64,000 bases of DNA from NCBI GenBank assembly GCA_002633005.1, contig NMRA01000021.1, forward strand, positions 968,298 to 1,032,297. The letters run 5' to 3'. A program made the translations under genes and the position numbers. The DNA comes from Phoronis australis. Its lineage: Eukaryota; Animalia; Phoronida. Within the stretch, counting starts at the first letter, position 1. Every line of letters begins with the position of its first letter. The notes under the pieces are model-generated. The model was given only the letters and a program-made list of their open reading frames with translations. It was not told the DNA's origin and searched no databases. This document shows positions 63,859 through 64,000 of this stretch, piece by piece.

Positions 63859-64000
63859 TTATTGATAAATAAATGACATGTTCATTCTACATAAAACCTC
63901 CCCGTAACATAGATACTCGTATCTACAGTGTGTGGTGAAATGATGTACCTGGCAAGACGTTATGTATACTAGTTGATTAGTCCCATTTTTTCTTAAAGTC

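Larger units (their letters stand above)
58425..63884. repeat. Tandem duplication across a single N: 58425-60663 versus 60665-63884 (likely haplotype or assembly duplication)
   Basis: Offset 2240; no differences seen for about 1.27 kb, then SNPs and a ~960-bp indel; the N at 60664 sits exactly at the junction. Confidence 0.85.

Overview
This is eukaryotic (metazoan, probably marine invertebrate) genomic DNA; most ORF-track entries are spurious. Positions 1-15.2 kb (minus strand) hold the 5' part of an L1-family (neuroglian/NrCAM/L1CAM-like) adhesion gene. I rebuilt it by hand as 15 phase-consistent coding exons (725 codons: signal peptide, Ig1-Ig6, FN3-1, start of FN3-2), including a 33-nt micro-exon and a GC-AG intron. 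An intronless FMRFamide-receptor-like class A GPCR lies at about 55.0-56.1 kb (minus). The rest is intronic or intergenic DNA rich in transposon relics: an Academ deletion derivative (42.4-44.3 kb); a Kolobok/THAP deletion derivative (62.5-63.9 kb) whose ~315-bp inverted arms each carry a promoter-like motif and a THAP-type start; several MITE families, two with 5-bp TSDs; a Penelope fragment; a tRNA-derived SINE head; and minisatellites. The 58.4-63.9 kb region looks like two haplotypes of one locus assembled in tandem across a single N. I found no CRISPR array, rRNA or prokaryotic system. All identifications come from manual reading and motif knowledge, not database searches.
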